The notes under the pieces were generated by a model. It did not search any database, had not been told where the DNA came from, and saw only the letters and a list, made by a program, of their open reading frames with translations. From assembly GCA_029561455.1 (NCBI GenBank), contig JAKQIY010000047.1, forward strand, positions 332 through 64,331: 64,000 nucleotides of DNA. Reading direction: 5' to 3'. Positions 20,649 to 30,977 of this stretch are shown here, piece by piece. The number at the start of each line of letters is the position of its first letter. The stretch's first letter is position 1. A program made the translations under genes and the position numbers. The stretch comes from a bacterium (GTDB lineage: Bacteria; Zhuqueibacterota; Zhuqueibacteria; Residuimicrobiales; Krinioviventaceae).

Positions 20649-20740
20649 GTTTTATCCCGAATGCGGGATACATAGATTTAAATGCCTTTTGACCGGAATT
20701 TAAACTGGCCATGTTCTTACGGTATTACAAGGAAAAATAT

Positions 20741-21883
20741 ATGAAAAAGTTGTTGGTAATAGTTTTATTGTTTTTAGTAGCTTGCGCCGAGCGTAAATTG
20801 CCTACCGTACCCGGTAATGAGCAATTGCCGGTTATTGAAAATTTTTCATTACCGGAAATAATAAATCCCGGCAAATCTTACCTGGTCTCGGTACGGGTTA
20901 TTGCAAATCCACAGCCGGATTATGTGCAATATACCGTGTATAAAGAAGGCGGTACGGAAGAATTGCTGAGCGGTAAGATGTATGACGACGGCATGGCTCA
21001 GCATAGCACCGACGGCGATATTGTCGCACGGGACGGTTTATTCACCCAAAATATTACCTGGCAGAGTACCGATGAAAATCCACATCATATCGTTTTTGAA
21101 TTTGTTGCCGTCTTGAATTTTGAAACCACTGGTGAACCGTTAAAAGTAACCCTGGTTTCCAGTAAAAATATTCTGCCGCAAATTACCGGGGTAACCGTGC
21201 CGGATACTTTGCCAAGCGGGTTTACAGGAACCCTGACCTTTAGCGCCACAGTTTTTGATTCAAATGGCATTAAAGACATAAAAACCGTTTTATTCAAAGG
21301 AAAGCGGGATAATCAGACACTGTTTCAGGGTGAATTGTTAACTACCGCCAATGCCGGTGTTTTTGAAAAATCATTCGACAATACATTTGCCATCGGAAAA
21401 AAGGGAGTTTACGAGTTAATTTTTGAAGCTATAGACAAGTCCAACCGTAAAAGTTCTCCCTATAGCAGTTCAGTTTTTATCGGCAACAATGCGCCGGTTC
21501 TTTCCGACATCCAGGCTCCCAGCGCGATCCCCCGTCCGACGGATGCCGATGTTACCTTGTATTTCCTGATCACTGTGCAAGTTCGTGATGATCAATCGTT
21601 AAAAGATATTAAATTTGTTAAAATGTCCTGGAAAAAGGCGGACGGCACCTATTCCCTGAACAGTCCCTTCCAGCTTTATGATAACGGGCTACCGATTCAG
21701 GAAGATCTGGTCGGCTGGGATAACGGCTACCGCGGCGATGTGGTTGCCAATGACGGTATTTTTTCCATTACCGGCGCTTTTGATATACATCAACCCCTGG
21801 GTAATTATGAATTGGTCTTTTGGGCAGAAGATATGGCCGGAAATACCAGCGAAACCCTGAAGCATATTATTAACCTGCAATAG
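20741..21883 (+). CDS. Lipoprotein with two 'choice-of-anchor X'-like Ig domains
   Basis: MKKLLVIVLLFLVAC lipobox; repeated motif YDDG...GDIVARDGLFT and YDNG...GDVVANDGIFS. Confidence 0.7.
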   Translation: MKKLLVIVLLFLVACAERKLPTVPGNEQLPVIENFSLPEIINPGKSYLVSVRVIANPQPDYVQYTVYKEGGTEELLSGKMYDDGMAQHSTDGDIVARDGLFTQNITWQSTDENPHHIVFEFVAVLNFETTGEPLKVTLVSSKNILPQITGVTVPDTLPSGFTGTLTFSATVFDSNGIKDIKTVLFKGKRDNQTLFQGELLTTANAGVFEKSFDNTFAIGKKGVYELIFEAIDKSNRKSSPYSSSVFIGNNAPVLSDIQAPSAIPRPTDADVTLYFLITVQVRDDQSLKDIKFVKMSWKKADGTYSLNSPFQLYDNGLPIQEDLVGWDNGYRGDVVANDGIFSITGAFDIHQPLGNYELVFWAEDMAGNTSETLKHIINLQ

Positions 21884-23350
21884 ATGGAACGACTGATGCA
21901 AAATATTAAAACCTCTTTAATTTTATTAGTTATTTTTATCCCGGTTATGGTGTGGGCCGCGCCATTTGCGGACAGTTACCAGTTGGGAACCGCCCCCTCT
22001 GCCGGCCTGGCAGGCAACGGCATAACCGATATTGCCGCCGGTAACCGCATGATGTGGTTCGGCACCGGTTATGGCTTGAGCCGCAGCCAGGATAACGGCG
22101 CTAGTTTTGAGTCTTTTGGCGTGAAACACGGCCTGGGCGCCGGCAGCGTCTCTGCTTTATGGGTGCATGGCGATACGATCCTGGTCGCCACCGCCAACGA
22201 TACGCTGACCAATGCCTCGGAAAGTTACTTGTCCAACGGTACGGGCCTGAGTATATCCACAGATAACGGCGCCACCTGGAGACATATCCGGCAAACCCCG
22301 CTGGATTACACGTCGGTGCAAAATCTTTCTTACGATATTGCCGTTTTGAACGGTACGATCTGGCTGGCCAATTTCGGCGGCGGCCTGGTGCGCGGCGACA
22401 ATTTTGGCGAAACCTGGGCGGTAAATCCCCCCGATTCTTTTCTGTTCGATCCCGGTAAAGAATTAAATCACCGGGTTTTTTCCGTAATTGCAGTTGACGA
22501 CGAGTTGTGGGTAGGCACTGCCGAAGGCATTAACAAATCTACCGATGGCGGCAAAACCTGGAAAAATTTCAACCATACCAGCCAGGAACAGCCGATCTCC
22601 GGTAATTTCGTCAACGGTCTGGCTTGTCAAAAAACCGGCGGCCGCAAGATCATCTGGGCCAGCACCTGGAAAGCGGAAGGCGAAGATGAATATTATGGCG
22701 TATCCAAATCCGAAAATGGCGGGCTGACCTGGTCGGTCGTATTGGGAACCCCGGAACAACAGATCAAAGCCGCCAATTTCTCCTTCGATGGGGCAACTGT
22801 ATATGTGGCTACTTATGACGGCTTGTACAAATCCACTGATTTTGGCGAGACCTGGTATTTGTTTCCGCAAGTAATCGATCCGGAAATAGATGAAAAGATC
22901 TATGGCGCGGAAACATATTCCGTACACGCGCAAAACAACGTCATCTGGCTGGGAACCTCGGACGGCCTGGCGCGCACTACCAATAACGGGTATACCTGGG
23001 ATATTATGCGCGCTTTTAAACCAACGGGACAAGGCGGTGTACCCCGCACTTATGCGTATCCCAACCCGTTTTCGCCAACCCGCGATAACCTGGCCGCTAA
23101 CGACGGCTTTGTACGTTTACAATATAACACCCTGCGCCCGACACGGGTAACCATCAAAGTTTATGATTTTGCCATGGACCTGGTTACAACCGTGGTCGAG
23201 GGGAAAATCCGCTATACAGCCGGTAATTTTAATGAGGTCTGGAACGGCCGCAATGATTATGGCGACCCCGTAGCAAATGGAGTTTATTTCTATTGTGTTT
23301 CAATTGAAGAAGACGGCGCCTTTTGGGGCAAAATTCTGATCGTGAATTGA
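21884..23350 (+). CDS. Secreted beta-propeller protein with BNR/Asp-box repeats and C-terminal FlgD-Ig/T9SS-like sorting domain
   Basis: Signal peptide; about seven SxDxGxTW-type boxes; C-terminal AYPNPF...WNGRND.G..VANGVYFY. Confidence 0.8.
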   Translation: MERLMQNIKTSLILLVIFIPVMVWAAPFADSYQLGTAPSAGLAGNGITDIAAGNRMMWFGTGYGLSRSQDNGASFESFGVKHGLGAGSVSALWVHGDTILVATANDTLTNASESYLSNGTGLSISTDNGATWRHIRQTPLDYTSVQNLSYDIAVLNGTIWLANFGGGLVRGDNFGETWAVNPPDSFLFDPGKELNHRVFSVIAVDDELWVGTAEGINKSTDGGKTWKNFNHTSQEQPISGNFVNGLACQKTGGRKIIWASTWKAEGEDEYYGVSKSENGGLTWSVVLGTPEQQIKAANFSFDGATVYVATYDGLYKSTDFGETWYLFPQVIDPEIDEKIYGAETYSVHAQNNVIWLGTSDGLARTTNNGYTWDIMRAFKPTGQGGVPRTYAYPNPFSPTRDNLAANDGFVRLQYNTLRPTRVTIKVYDFAMDLVTTVVEGKIRYTAGNFNEVWNGRNDYGDPVANGVYFYCVSIEEDGAFWGKILIVN

Positions 23351-23369
23351 TAATGGTACAGGAAAGAGC

Positions 23370-24344
23370 ATGAAAAAATATATTCTGATCGTAATACTTT
23401 TGATAATAAATAGCGGCATCCTGTTCGCGCGCAACGGCGACGGCGGCTATGCCGGGGCATTTTTACGTATGGGCATGGGCGCGCGCGCCAAAGCCATGGG
23501 CGACGCTTTTACGGCAATCCCGGAAGGGGCGATCGCCGGCTTTTACAACCCGGCTTTGCTGCCTCATTTGCAGGAACGCCAGGTGGTCGCTTCGTATTCT
23601 TTTTTACCCCTGGATCGCAGCCTGGATTATGTCGGATTTGCTATGCCGCTGCATCCGGCGGCCAAAGAGGGAAAACGCGGCAATCCTCTCAAAGCCGGAG
23701 TCGCACTGGGTTGGGTTCATGCCGGAACGGATAAAATCTATGGCACCAACAGCAACGGTCAGTTTATCGGCGATCTATCCAACTCGGAACATGCGTTTTA
23801 CCTGTCTTTTGCTATCCGTCCGGCTGATAAGCTCTCTATTGGCGTCAGTGGCAAAGTGTTGTATAACCGCATGCCGGGCTTGCAAACCGACAACAGCGCA
23901 TTGACCTCGACCGGTTTCGGCATGGATTTTGGTATTTTTCTCACCCCGCGTAAAAATGTCATGCTGGGATTTGTCGTCCGTGATAATATGTCGAAATATA
24001 CCTGGAATACGGACAAGGTGTTTGAACGCGGCACCAGCACGGTTTATAAATTCCCCAAAGTGACGCGCGCCGCTATCGCTTACCGTATTCCCCAGGAGTG
24101 GCTGTTGCTCGCTTTTGAAGCGGAAACCAGCGACAAGCAGAACCCCCGTTATCATTACGGAATGGAATTTACATACAAACCGGTCGGCGCCATTCAACTC
24201 GGTCTCGATGACAATATGCCGACTTTTGGTTTAGGTTTAAAATTTAATGTTTTAAGCAAAACGACATTAATCAATTATGCGTTTGTTGTTAATGATGTCA
24301 CCCCGGGCTCGGATCATATTTTTACCTGGGCGTTTAATTTTTAA
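23370..24344 (+). CDS. PorV/PorQ-like outer-membrane beta-barrel (FadL-like)
   Basis: Signal peptide, FLRMGMGARAKAMGDAF, YNPALL and terminal Phe. Confidence 0.75.
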   Translation: MKKYILIVILLIINSGILFARNGDGGYAGAFLRMGMGARAKAMGDAFTAIPEGAIAGFYNPALLPHLQERQVVASYSFLPLDRSLDYVGFAMPLHPAAKEGKRGNPLKAGVALGWVHAGTDKIYGTNSNGQFIGDLSNSEHAFYLSFAIRPADKLSIGVSGKVLYNRMPGLQTDNSALTSTGFGMDFGIFLTPRKNVMLGFVVRDNMSKYTWNTDKVFERGTSTVYKFPKVTRAAIAYRIPQEWLLLAFEAETSDKQNPRYHYGMEFTYKPVGAIQLGLDDNMPTFGLGLKFNVLSKTTLINYAFVVNDVTPGSDHIFTWAFNF

Positions 24345-24367
24345 TTTTGTACAAGGTGAATCAAGTG

Positions 24368-25267
24368 ATGAAAAGCAGATTAATTATAACATTACTGGTT
24401 ATGGCATTAGCGGCTCCGTTGTTTGCGGCCGGTGAAAACGGCATGGCAGTGTTAAAGATCGGCGTCAGCGCCCGCGCTGCCGCAATGGGCGAAGCGTTTA
24501 CCGCCACTGCGGATGATGCTTCCGGGGTTTTCTGGAATCCGGCAGGTATTACCTGGAGCCAACACCGTCAGGCTCATTTTACTCATAATGAGTGGATTCA
24601 GGGAATAACCCACGACGCCGCCAGCCTGATAATTCCACATAATAACTGGGCTATAGGCCTGGACTTGATGCTGAACAATGTCAGCGATTTTGAACGGCGC
24701 ATCATCGCTTCAGAGGAACCGTTCGGCACTTTTTCTTCCCATGATTTTTCCATGGCGCTTACTTTTTCCCACATGATCGGAAAAGACATTTCAGTAGGCG
24801 GCAGGGTGCGTTATTTAAGCGAAAAGATCTATGACGAATCGGCCAGCGGCGTGGCTGTAGATTTAGGCGCGCGTTACCGGGTTTTACCGGGGCGGCTCTT
24901 TGTCGCTGCTGCCATGCAGAATTTGGGTAAAATGTCCGAAATGGTACAAGAAGAGGTAAAACTTCCTGCCACGCTGCGGCTGGGCGCCGGTTATTACTTG
25001 CCGGGTCAAATCTTTGGCAATAATCTTTTGCTGGCAGCCGATTATGTAAAAATATTCAACGAAGACGATCATATCAACCTGGGACTGGAATATACTCCGG
25101 TTCCGGTTGTTGCCCTGCGCGGCGGCTATCAAACCGGATACGAGGAACGTTCCCTGACTGCCGGTTTTGGCGTCAATATCGGTTTTCTTTCAATCGATTA
25201 TGCTTTTATCCCGTTTACCAATGATCTGGGAACCGGTCACAAATTTTCACTGTTGGCGGATTTTTAG
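24368..25267 (+). CDS. PorV/PorQ-like outer-membrane beta-barrel (second paralog)
   Basis: Signal peptide, LKIGVSARAAAMGEAF, FWNPAG, IDYAF...LGTGHKFSL and terminal Phe. Confidence 0.8.
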   Translation: MKSRLIITLLVMALAAPLFAAGENGMAVLKIGVSARAAAMGEAFTATADDASGVFWNPAGITWSQHRQAHFTHNEWIQGITHDAASLIIPHNNWAIGLDLMLNNVSDFERRIIASEEPFGTFSSHDFSMALTFSHMIGKDISVGGRVRYLSEKIYDESASGVAVDLGARYRVLPGRLFVAAAMQNLGKMSEMVQEEVKLPATLRLGAGYYLPGQIFGNNLLLAADYVKIFNEDDHINLGLEYTPVPVVALRGGYQTGYEERSLTAGFGVNIGFLSIDYAFIPFTNDLGTGHKFSLLADF

Positions 25268-25419
25268 TCAAGCCCCGGCAACTTTGACTCTAAAGTTTGT
25301 TTACCTGGTTCAAGTTTCATCTGTAAGAGTATGACAAAAATACAGGCAACATAACGGAATTATTGTAAATTTTTTAAGGATTATCCACAATAAAAAGTAT
25401 CATCATTAATAACTAATTT

Positions 25420-25565
25420 CTGGTTCCCAATCTCCCGATTGGGAACCCGCTTGTACAAAATCTCTGATTTGAAAGGTAAAGATCATATTTAAAATAAAAT
25501 AACTGCTTGAAAGGAATCGGAGATTCCTGACCAATCTCGTTTCTAATCAGGAGATTAGGAACGAG
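25420..25565. repeat. REPIN-like element (inverted pair of palindromic REPs)
   Basis: GTTCCCAATCTCCCGATTGGGAAC at the left end; the inverted relative CGTTTCTAATCAGGAGATTAGGAACGAG at the right; inner AATCTCTGATT/AATCGGAGATT pair. Confidence 0.75.
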
Positions 25566-25951
25566 GAGACATTTTTATTAAACAGTAATGTCAAAAATAT
25601 AATAATCAATATATCGTTCCTTATAAAATTCATTCATTAATTATTTGTAATTTTTTGACTTAAATGTCACTATTTTTAGTTTTAACCGGACACTACTGAT
25701 CTATAATATAAAATAACACTTTTAGTAACTAATTTATATTATTAAAAAAGCAGGGTCAAGCCGGGAAGATTTAATAGCCATGTTTAGGTTTAAAAATGAA
25801 ATTCTTACAGCATTAGAAAAATTTTTTGATCAGGTGTAAATAAACTTTTGTTTCTTTTTGTTTTATTTACGCACAGTATTAATTTAATAGTAATAATCTG
25901 GCGTTGACCGGTATATTTAAATAAAGAAACTAATTTTTTACAGGAGCTCCT

Positions 25952-28105
25952 TTGGTAAAAATAAATCTGGTTTTGGGCACTCACAATCATCAACCGATTG
26001 GGAATTTTGACTTTGTATTTGAACAGGCTTTTCAGCAATCGTATTTACCCTTTTTAAACGTCTTGCAGCAGCATCCGCGTATCAGGATTGCCCAACATTA
26101 CAGCGGTATTTTGTTTGAATGGCTGACAAAAAATCACCCTGAATTGATCAAACAATTGCAAAAGCTGGTACGCTCAGGTCAGGTTGAAATGATGACCGGC
26201 GGTTATTATGAACCGATATTGACCAGTATTCCCGAAAGAGATATTATCGGCCAGATAAAAAAATTATCACAATATGTTATGAAAAAAACCGGCGTGGAGC
26301 CGACCGGTTTATGGCTAACCGAACGGGTATGGGAACCCTACCTGGCCGGGCCAATTGCCAAAGCCGGAGTAAAATACACCGTTATGGATGACTCTCATTT
26401 CAAGTCCGCCGGATTGCAGGATCAAAATTTATTCGGTTATTACATTACCGAGCATGAAGGCGAAATATTAAAAATTTTCCCTATCAGCGAACGAATGCGT
26501 TACCTCATACCCTTCCAGCCGCCGGAGAAAACGATAGAGTTTTTACGTTCCCTGGCCACGGAAGAGGGCGATCGTCTGGTCGTATTTGCCGATGACGGTG
26601 AAAAGTTTGGCGTTTGGCCGGGCACTTTTGTGCAATGTTATGAAAGAAAATGGCTCGACCGGTTATTTACATTAATTGAAGAAAACCTGGACTGGATCAA
26701 TTTACTGACCTTTAGCGAAGCCACCCGGCAATTGAAACCCGCCGGCACCATTTACCTGCCTACCGCTTCTTATCGCGAAATGATGGAATGGGCCATGCCG
26801 GTTAATGCCATTAAAGATTATGAACACTTTTTCCAATGGTGTAAAGATAATCATGTGTCCGATGCCAATCTCAATTTTATTAAAGGTGGCTTCTGGCGTA
26901 ACTTTTTAGCCAAATATACCGAAGCGAATAATCTGCAAAAGCGAATGCAGCTAGGCAGTAACCGGTTAAATCGCCTCGCCGGTAGTAATCATGACCTGGA
27001 AACTGCCCGTGATCTTGTCTATGCCGGGCAGTGCAATTGCCCCTACTGGCATGGCGTATTTGGCGGATTATATTTGCCGCATTTGCGCTACGCTATCTAT
27101 TCCAATCTTATTCAGGCCGATGTTGAGATGGACAAGATCGAATTCCGGGAACAGCAAAAAACCGGCTGGGTGAACAGCGAAATAACCGACTTTAATGCCG
27201 ATGGTTATGACGAAGTAGTAGTCCAGACCGACCGCATGAACCTGTTCTTTTCACCCAAAAACGGCGGTTGTTTAACTGAACTCGATTTCAAGCCCAAATC
27301 CATCAATTTGGTCGATACCATGACCCGGCGGCCCGAGGCTTATCATCAAAAACTGTTTGAGTTGGATAAACCATCCCATCCGGCCAGCAGCGACGACAGC
27401 GTCGCCTCGATTCATGATATTGTTTTGACCAAAGAACCAGGTTTGGATAAATACCTTAATTATGACTGGTATCCCCGCGCTTCCATGCTCGATCACTTTT
27501 TACGACCCGATTCGACCCTGGAATCAGTATCCCAGGCCAAATATGGCGAACAAAGCGACTTTGTTAACCAGCCATTTGAAGTTTCCATTGCCAAAAAAGC
27601 CAACGATCATGAACTTGTTTTGGAAAGAAATGGCCATGTTTGGGTTGAAGGCGAATTTGTACCGGTAAATATTAAAAAGAAAGTGCAGGTCAAAGCTCGC
27701 AGCGATTATTATATGGTAAAATATATTGTTACTAATAATCATACCCGCGCAATAAGTGTTTGGTTTGGAGTGGAATTTGCTACTTCTTTATTGGCCGGTA
27801 ATGCCCCGGATCGTAATTACATCGTTCCGGGCCAAACCCTGCAGGACAGCAAGCTGGCGAGCATCGGCGCTGTTGACAATATTAAAAAAATTCAACTGCG
27901 TGACGATTGGTTGGGTCTGCAAATCAGTTTTGAAACCAGCAGGGAAGCGGCCTTTTGGCGCTACCCGATAGAAACGATTTCCATGTCGGAAGCCGGTTTT
28001 GAAAGAGTTTATCAGTGTTCAATTGTAATGCCGAACTGGAAAATTACCCTGGAGCCTGGTGAACAATGGAACGTTACCATAAAGCAGGGCATTGAGCAAT
28101 TATAA
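25952..28105 (+). CDS. Glycoside hydrolase family 57 alpha-amylase / 4-alpha-glucanotransferase
   Basis: HNHQP, GGYYEPIL, WLTERVW (nucleophile), DDGEKFG (acid/base) and YWHGVFGGLY; TTG start with AGGAG RBS. Confidence 0.92.
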   Translation: MVKINLVLGTHNHQPIGNFDFVFEQAFQQSYLPFLNVLQQHPRIRIAQHYSGILFEWLTKNHPELIKQLQKLVRSGQVEMMTGGYYEPILTSIPERDIIGQIKKLSQYVMKKTGVEPTGLWLTERVWEPYLAGPIAKAGVKYTVMDDSHFKSAGLQDQNLFGYYITEHEGEILKIFPISERMRYLIPFQPPEKTIEFLRSLATEEGDRLVVFADDGEKFGVWPGTFVQCYERKWLDRLFTLIEENLDWINLLTFSEATRQLKPAGTIYLPTASYREMMEWAMPVNAIKDYEHFFQWCKDNHVSDANLNFIKGGFWRNFLAKYTEANNLQKRMQLGSNRLNRLAGSNHDLETARDLVYAGQCNCPYWHGVFGGLYLPHLRYAIYSNLIQADVEMDKIEFREQQKTGWVNSEITDFNADGYDEVVVQTDRMNLFFSPKNGGCLTELDFKPKSINLVDTMTRRPEAYHQKLFELDKPSHPASSDDSVASIHDIVLTKEPGLDKYLNYDWYPRASMLDHFLRPDSTLESVSQAKYGEQSDFVNQPFEVSIAKKANDHELVLERNGHVWVEGEFVPVNIKKKVQVKARSDYYMVKYIVTNNHTRAISVWFGVEFATSLLAGNAPDRNYIVPGQTLQDSKLASIGAVDNIKKIQLRDDWLGLQISFETSREAAFWRYPIETISMSEAGFERVYQCSIVMPNWKITLEPGEQWNVTIKQGIEQL

Positions 28106-28163
28106 TATTGATTTTTATTTAAATATATTTTCGTTATATTATAATTGCAGTCTCATTTGAGGA

Positions 28164-29777
28164 ATGAAATATATGATGAACAGTAAAAAATTTAAACGCA
28201 CCTTGTGGATACTGGTCGCAATTATTGCCGCCGGCATTGGCGTAAGTAAATTTAACCAGACGCAGCTTTATTCATCAGATAGTATTCGCGATCAGCTGGT
28301 TCGGTTTAACGAGGTGTTTGCGTATATAAATCAATATTATGTTGAAAAACCGGATAATGAAGAATTAATTACCGGCGCTATCGAAGGCATGCTGGGCGGT
28401 TTGGATCCCCATTCAGTATATATTCCCAAAAAAGCCGTAGAACAAGTTAATGAACAATTTGAAGGTTCCTTTGAAGGAATAGGCATCGAGTTCGTTGTCT
28501 TGGAAAAGATTTTAACGGTTGTCGCGCCAATAGTGGGCGGGCCCTCGGAAGCGGTTGGTATTTTACCCGGCGACCAGATCATCAAAATTGAAGGTAAATC
28601 GGCTTACGGTATAACTGAAGATGAAGTGCAAAAGAAACTGCGCGGCCCCAAAGGCAGCAAGGTGCAGGTCACGATTCGCCGTCCGGAACAGGATAATGCC
28701 GAATTTGAGGTAACGATTGTCCGCGATGAAATCCCGATCTATAGTGTTACAGCCTCATTCATGATGGATGATGGAGAGACCGGTTATATTTATCTTGGCC
28801 GTTTTGCCAAAAAGACCTCGGAAGAGCTGGAACAAGCCATGGTCGATCTGGAAAAACAGGGCATGAAAAGAATGATCCTCGATCTGCGCGGCAATTCCGG
28901 CGGCTACCTGGATCAGGCGGTAGAGGTGTCCGATAAATTTTTACCCGGCGGCCAAAAAATTGTCTACACCCGCGGCCGGGTTAGCAACAGCGGGTCGGAT
29001 TTTTATTCGACCGACAAAGGAACGCATCCCATCTATCCACTCATTGTTATGATCGATCATGGTTCCGCCAGCGCCTCTGAAATTGTGGCCGGCGCTATCC
29101 AGGACCTGGATAGAGGCCTGGTTGTCGGACAAACCAGCTTTGGTAAAGGGTTGGTGCAGAACCAGATTCCCCTGCGCGACGGTTCGGCGTTACGGTTGAC
29201 CATTGCCCGGTATTATACCCCCAGTGGTCGGTTGATCCAGCGTCCTTATGACGACGGGATTATTGATTATTATACCGAAGCGTATGATGATTCGTCCATT
29301 ACCAGCAAAGTCGATTCCAGCAAACAATACAATACCCTGTCCGGACGTGTTGTATACGGCGGCGGTGGCATTACCCCGGATATTACCCTGGAAGCGGAAA
29401 AGATTACCCGTTTTACCTACCAATTACGAACCAAGCGCGTGTTCTTTGAATATGGTTCCAAATATGCCAATACCTATAAAAAGTGGAAAAAAGATTTTCA
29501 GGGTTACAAAAATAATTTTGAAATTACCCAGCCCATGTTGAATGATTTAAAAGAGATCATCCAAAAGCATGACGTCAAGATCAACCAGGAAGCATTTAAT
29601 AAAGATCTAGACTATATAAAATTGTCAATGAAATCTGAAATGGCGCGGCATATATGGGATAGCGAACATTATTATATGATCCGTATCATGGCGGATTCCG
29701 AAGTCATCAAAGCGTGCGAACATTTTCCCAAAGCCAAAGAGATAGCCATGTTGAATAAATGGGAAACCCGGCTGTAA
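28164..29777 (+). CDS. ctpA: S41 carboxy-terminal processing protease with PDZ domain
   Basis: LDPHSVY, FEGIGI (PDZ), DLRGNSGG, SASASE, SFGKG and YYTPSGR. Confidence 0.9.
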   Translation: MKYMMNSKKFKRTLWILVAIIAAGIGVSKFNQTQLYSSDSIRDQLVRFNEVFAYINQYYVEKPDNEELITGAIEGMLGGLDPHSVYIPKKAVEQVNEQFEGSFEGIGIEFVVLEKILTVVAPIVGGPSEAVGILPGDQIIKIEGKSAYGITEDEVQKKLRGPKGSKVQVTIRRPEQDNAEFEVTIVRDEIPIYSVTASFMMDDGETGYIYLGRFAKKTSEELEQAMVDLEKQGMKRMILDLRGNSGGYLDQAVEVSDKFLPGGQKIVYTRGRVSNSGSDFYSTDKGTHPIYPLIVMIDHGSASASEIVAGAIQDLDRGLVVGQTSFGKGLVQNQIPLRDGSALRLTIARYYTPSGRLIQRPYDDGIIDYYTEAYDDSSITSKVDSSKQYNTLSGRVVYGGGGITPDITLEAEKITRFTYQLRTKRVFFEYGSKYANTYKKWKKDFQGYKNNFEITQPMLNDLKEIIQKHDVKINQEAFNKDLDYIKLSMKSEMARHIWDSEHYYMIRIMADSEVIKACEHFPKAKEIAMLNKWETRL

Positions 29778-29890
29778 AAGGGCCCATAAAAAATATATTG
29801 ACTTTTAAAACAAAATATACTAAGTTTTCTAGTACTCTTGAAATATTAATTAACTTTTTTAAATTAAACTTGTTTGGAGGAGTCTGAATA

Positions 29891-30505
29891 ATGGTTCAAA
29901 TGTTTAACGATGGCGGCGCTTTCATGTGGCCAATTTTAATCCTTTTAATTATCGGTATTGCAATCAGTCTGGAGCGTTTGTGGACATTGACAAGAGCCGG
30001 AATTAATACCAAGAAATTTATGGCATCGATTAAAAATGCTCTTGCTGAAGGCGGAGTAAAAAAAGCTATTGAAGTATGTGAAAATACCCGCGGCCCGGTT
30101 GCTTCTATTTTCCATGCCGGTTTACTGCGTTCGAATCGCGGTATTGAAAACGTTGAAAAAGCAATTTCCAGCGCCGGATCAATTGAAATGGCATTCCTGG
30201 AAAGAGGCCTGGTTTGGTTGGCAACAATCGTCAGTTTGGCCCCGATGTTGGGATTTACCGGAACCGTACAGGGTATGATCCAGGCATTCAATGACATTAA
30301 AGCTGCTAACGATATTTCCCCGACTATCGTCGCCGGTGGTATTTCCGTAGCTTTGTTAACCACCCTTTTTGGTCTGGTTGTCGCTATGTTAGTCCAGGTA
30401 TTTAATAACTATTTCGTATCCAGAATCGACCGTTTAATCATTGATATGGAAGAAAGTTCCAATGAACTTGTGGACGCATTAATTGCCATCGAGGAAAAAA
30501 AATAA
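29891..30505 (+). CDS. exbB: MotA/TolQ/ExbB proton channel protein
   Basis: GG..MWPI, APMLGFTGTVQGMI and GISVALLTT motifs. Confidence 0.9.
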   Translation: MVQMFNDGGAFMWPILILLIIGIAISLERLWTLTRAGINTKKFMASIKNALAEGGVKKAIEVCENTRGPVASIFHAGLLRSNRGIENVEKAISSAGSIEMAFLERGLVWLATIVSLAPMLGFTGTVQGMIQAFNDIKAANDISPTIVAGGISVALLTTLFGLVVAMLVQVFNNYFVSRIDRLIIDMEESSNELVDALIAIEEKK

Positions 30506-30528
30506 TTTGATTGGAGAGAGTAGTTACT

Positions 30529-30924
30529 ATGTTAAACAAACGTAGAAAAGGAACTCCTGAAATCAATTCGGGGTCTATGGCAGATATTGTGTTCCTGCTG
30601 TTAATTTTCTTCCTGGTAACAACTACGATTGATACGGATAAAGGTATTTCGTTGGCATTACCCCCCAAAGGCGAAACCAAAGAAGTATCCAAAAAGAACA
30701 TTGCGAATATCCTGATCAATGAGGCTGGCGATGTAATGATCAACGAAGAGCAGATTGCCATAGGCGAACTTTCCCGTAAAGCTAAACAGATGCTGGATGA
30801 AAATGATAAAATCGCTTTTTCTGTAAAAACTCTCAAGACCACCAAATATGATGTATATATTGATGTTCTTGATCAGTTGAAAAGAGCGAATGCGACCAGA
30901 ATTTCTATTGCGGAACCCGATTAA
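30529..30924 (+). CDS. exbD: Biopolymer transporter ExbD
   Basis: SMADIVFLLLIFFLV TM helix with conserved Asp; ATG at 30529 after GGAGAG. Confidence 0.9.
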   Translation: MLNKRRKGTPEINSGSMADIVFLLLIFFLVTTTIDTDKGISLALPPKGETKEVSKKNIANILINEAGDVMINEEQIAIGELSRKAKQMLDENDKIAFSVKTLKTTKYDVYIDVLDQLKRANATRISIAEPD

Positions 30925-30977
30925 TTTACAAGCGTATACTAGTAAAGAAAATGAATAATTAATTTAGGAGTAAGACT

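Noticed and set aside
25381..25389. Perfect DnaA box TTATCCACA in a long AT-rich intergenic region (possible oriC)
   Set aside because: Only one clear box and no dnaA/dnaN/gidA context. TTATTCACA in each array unit is likewise insufficient.
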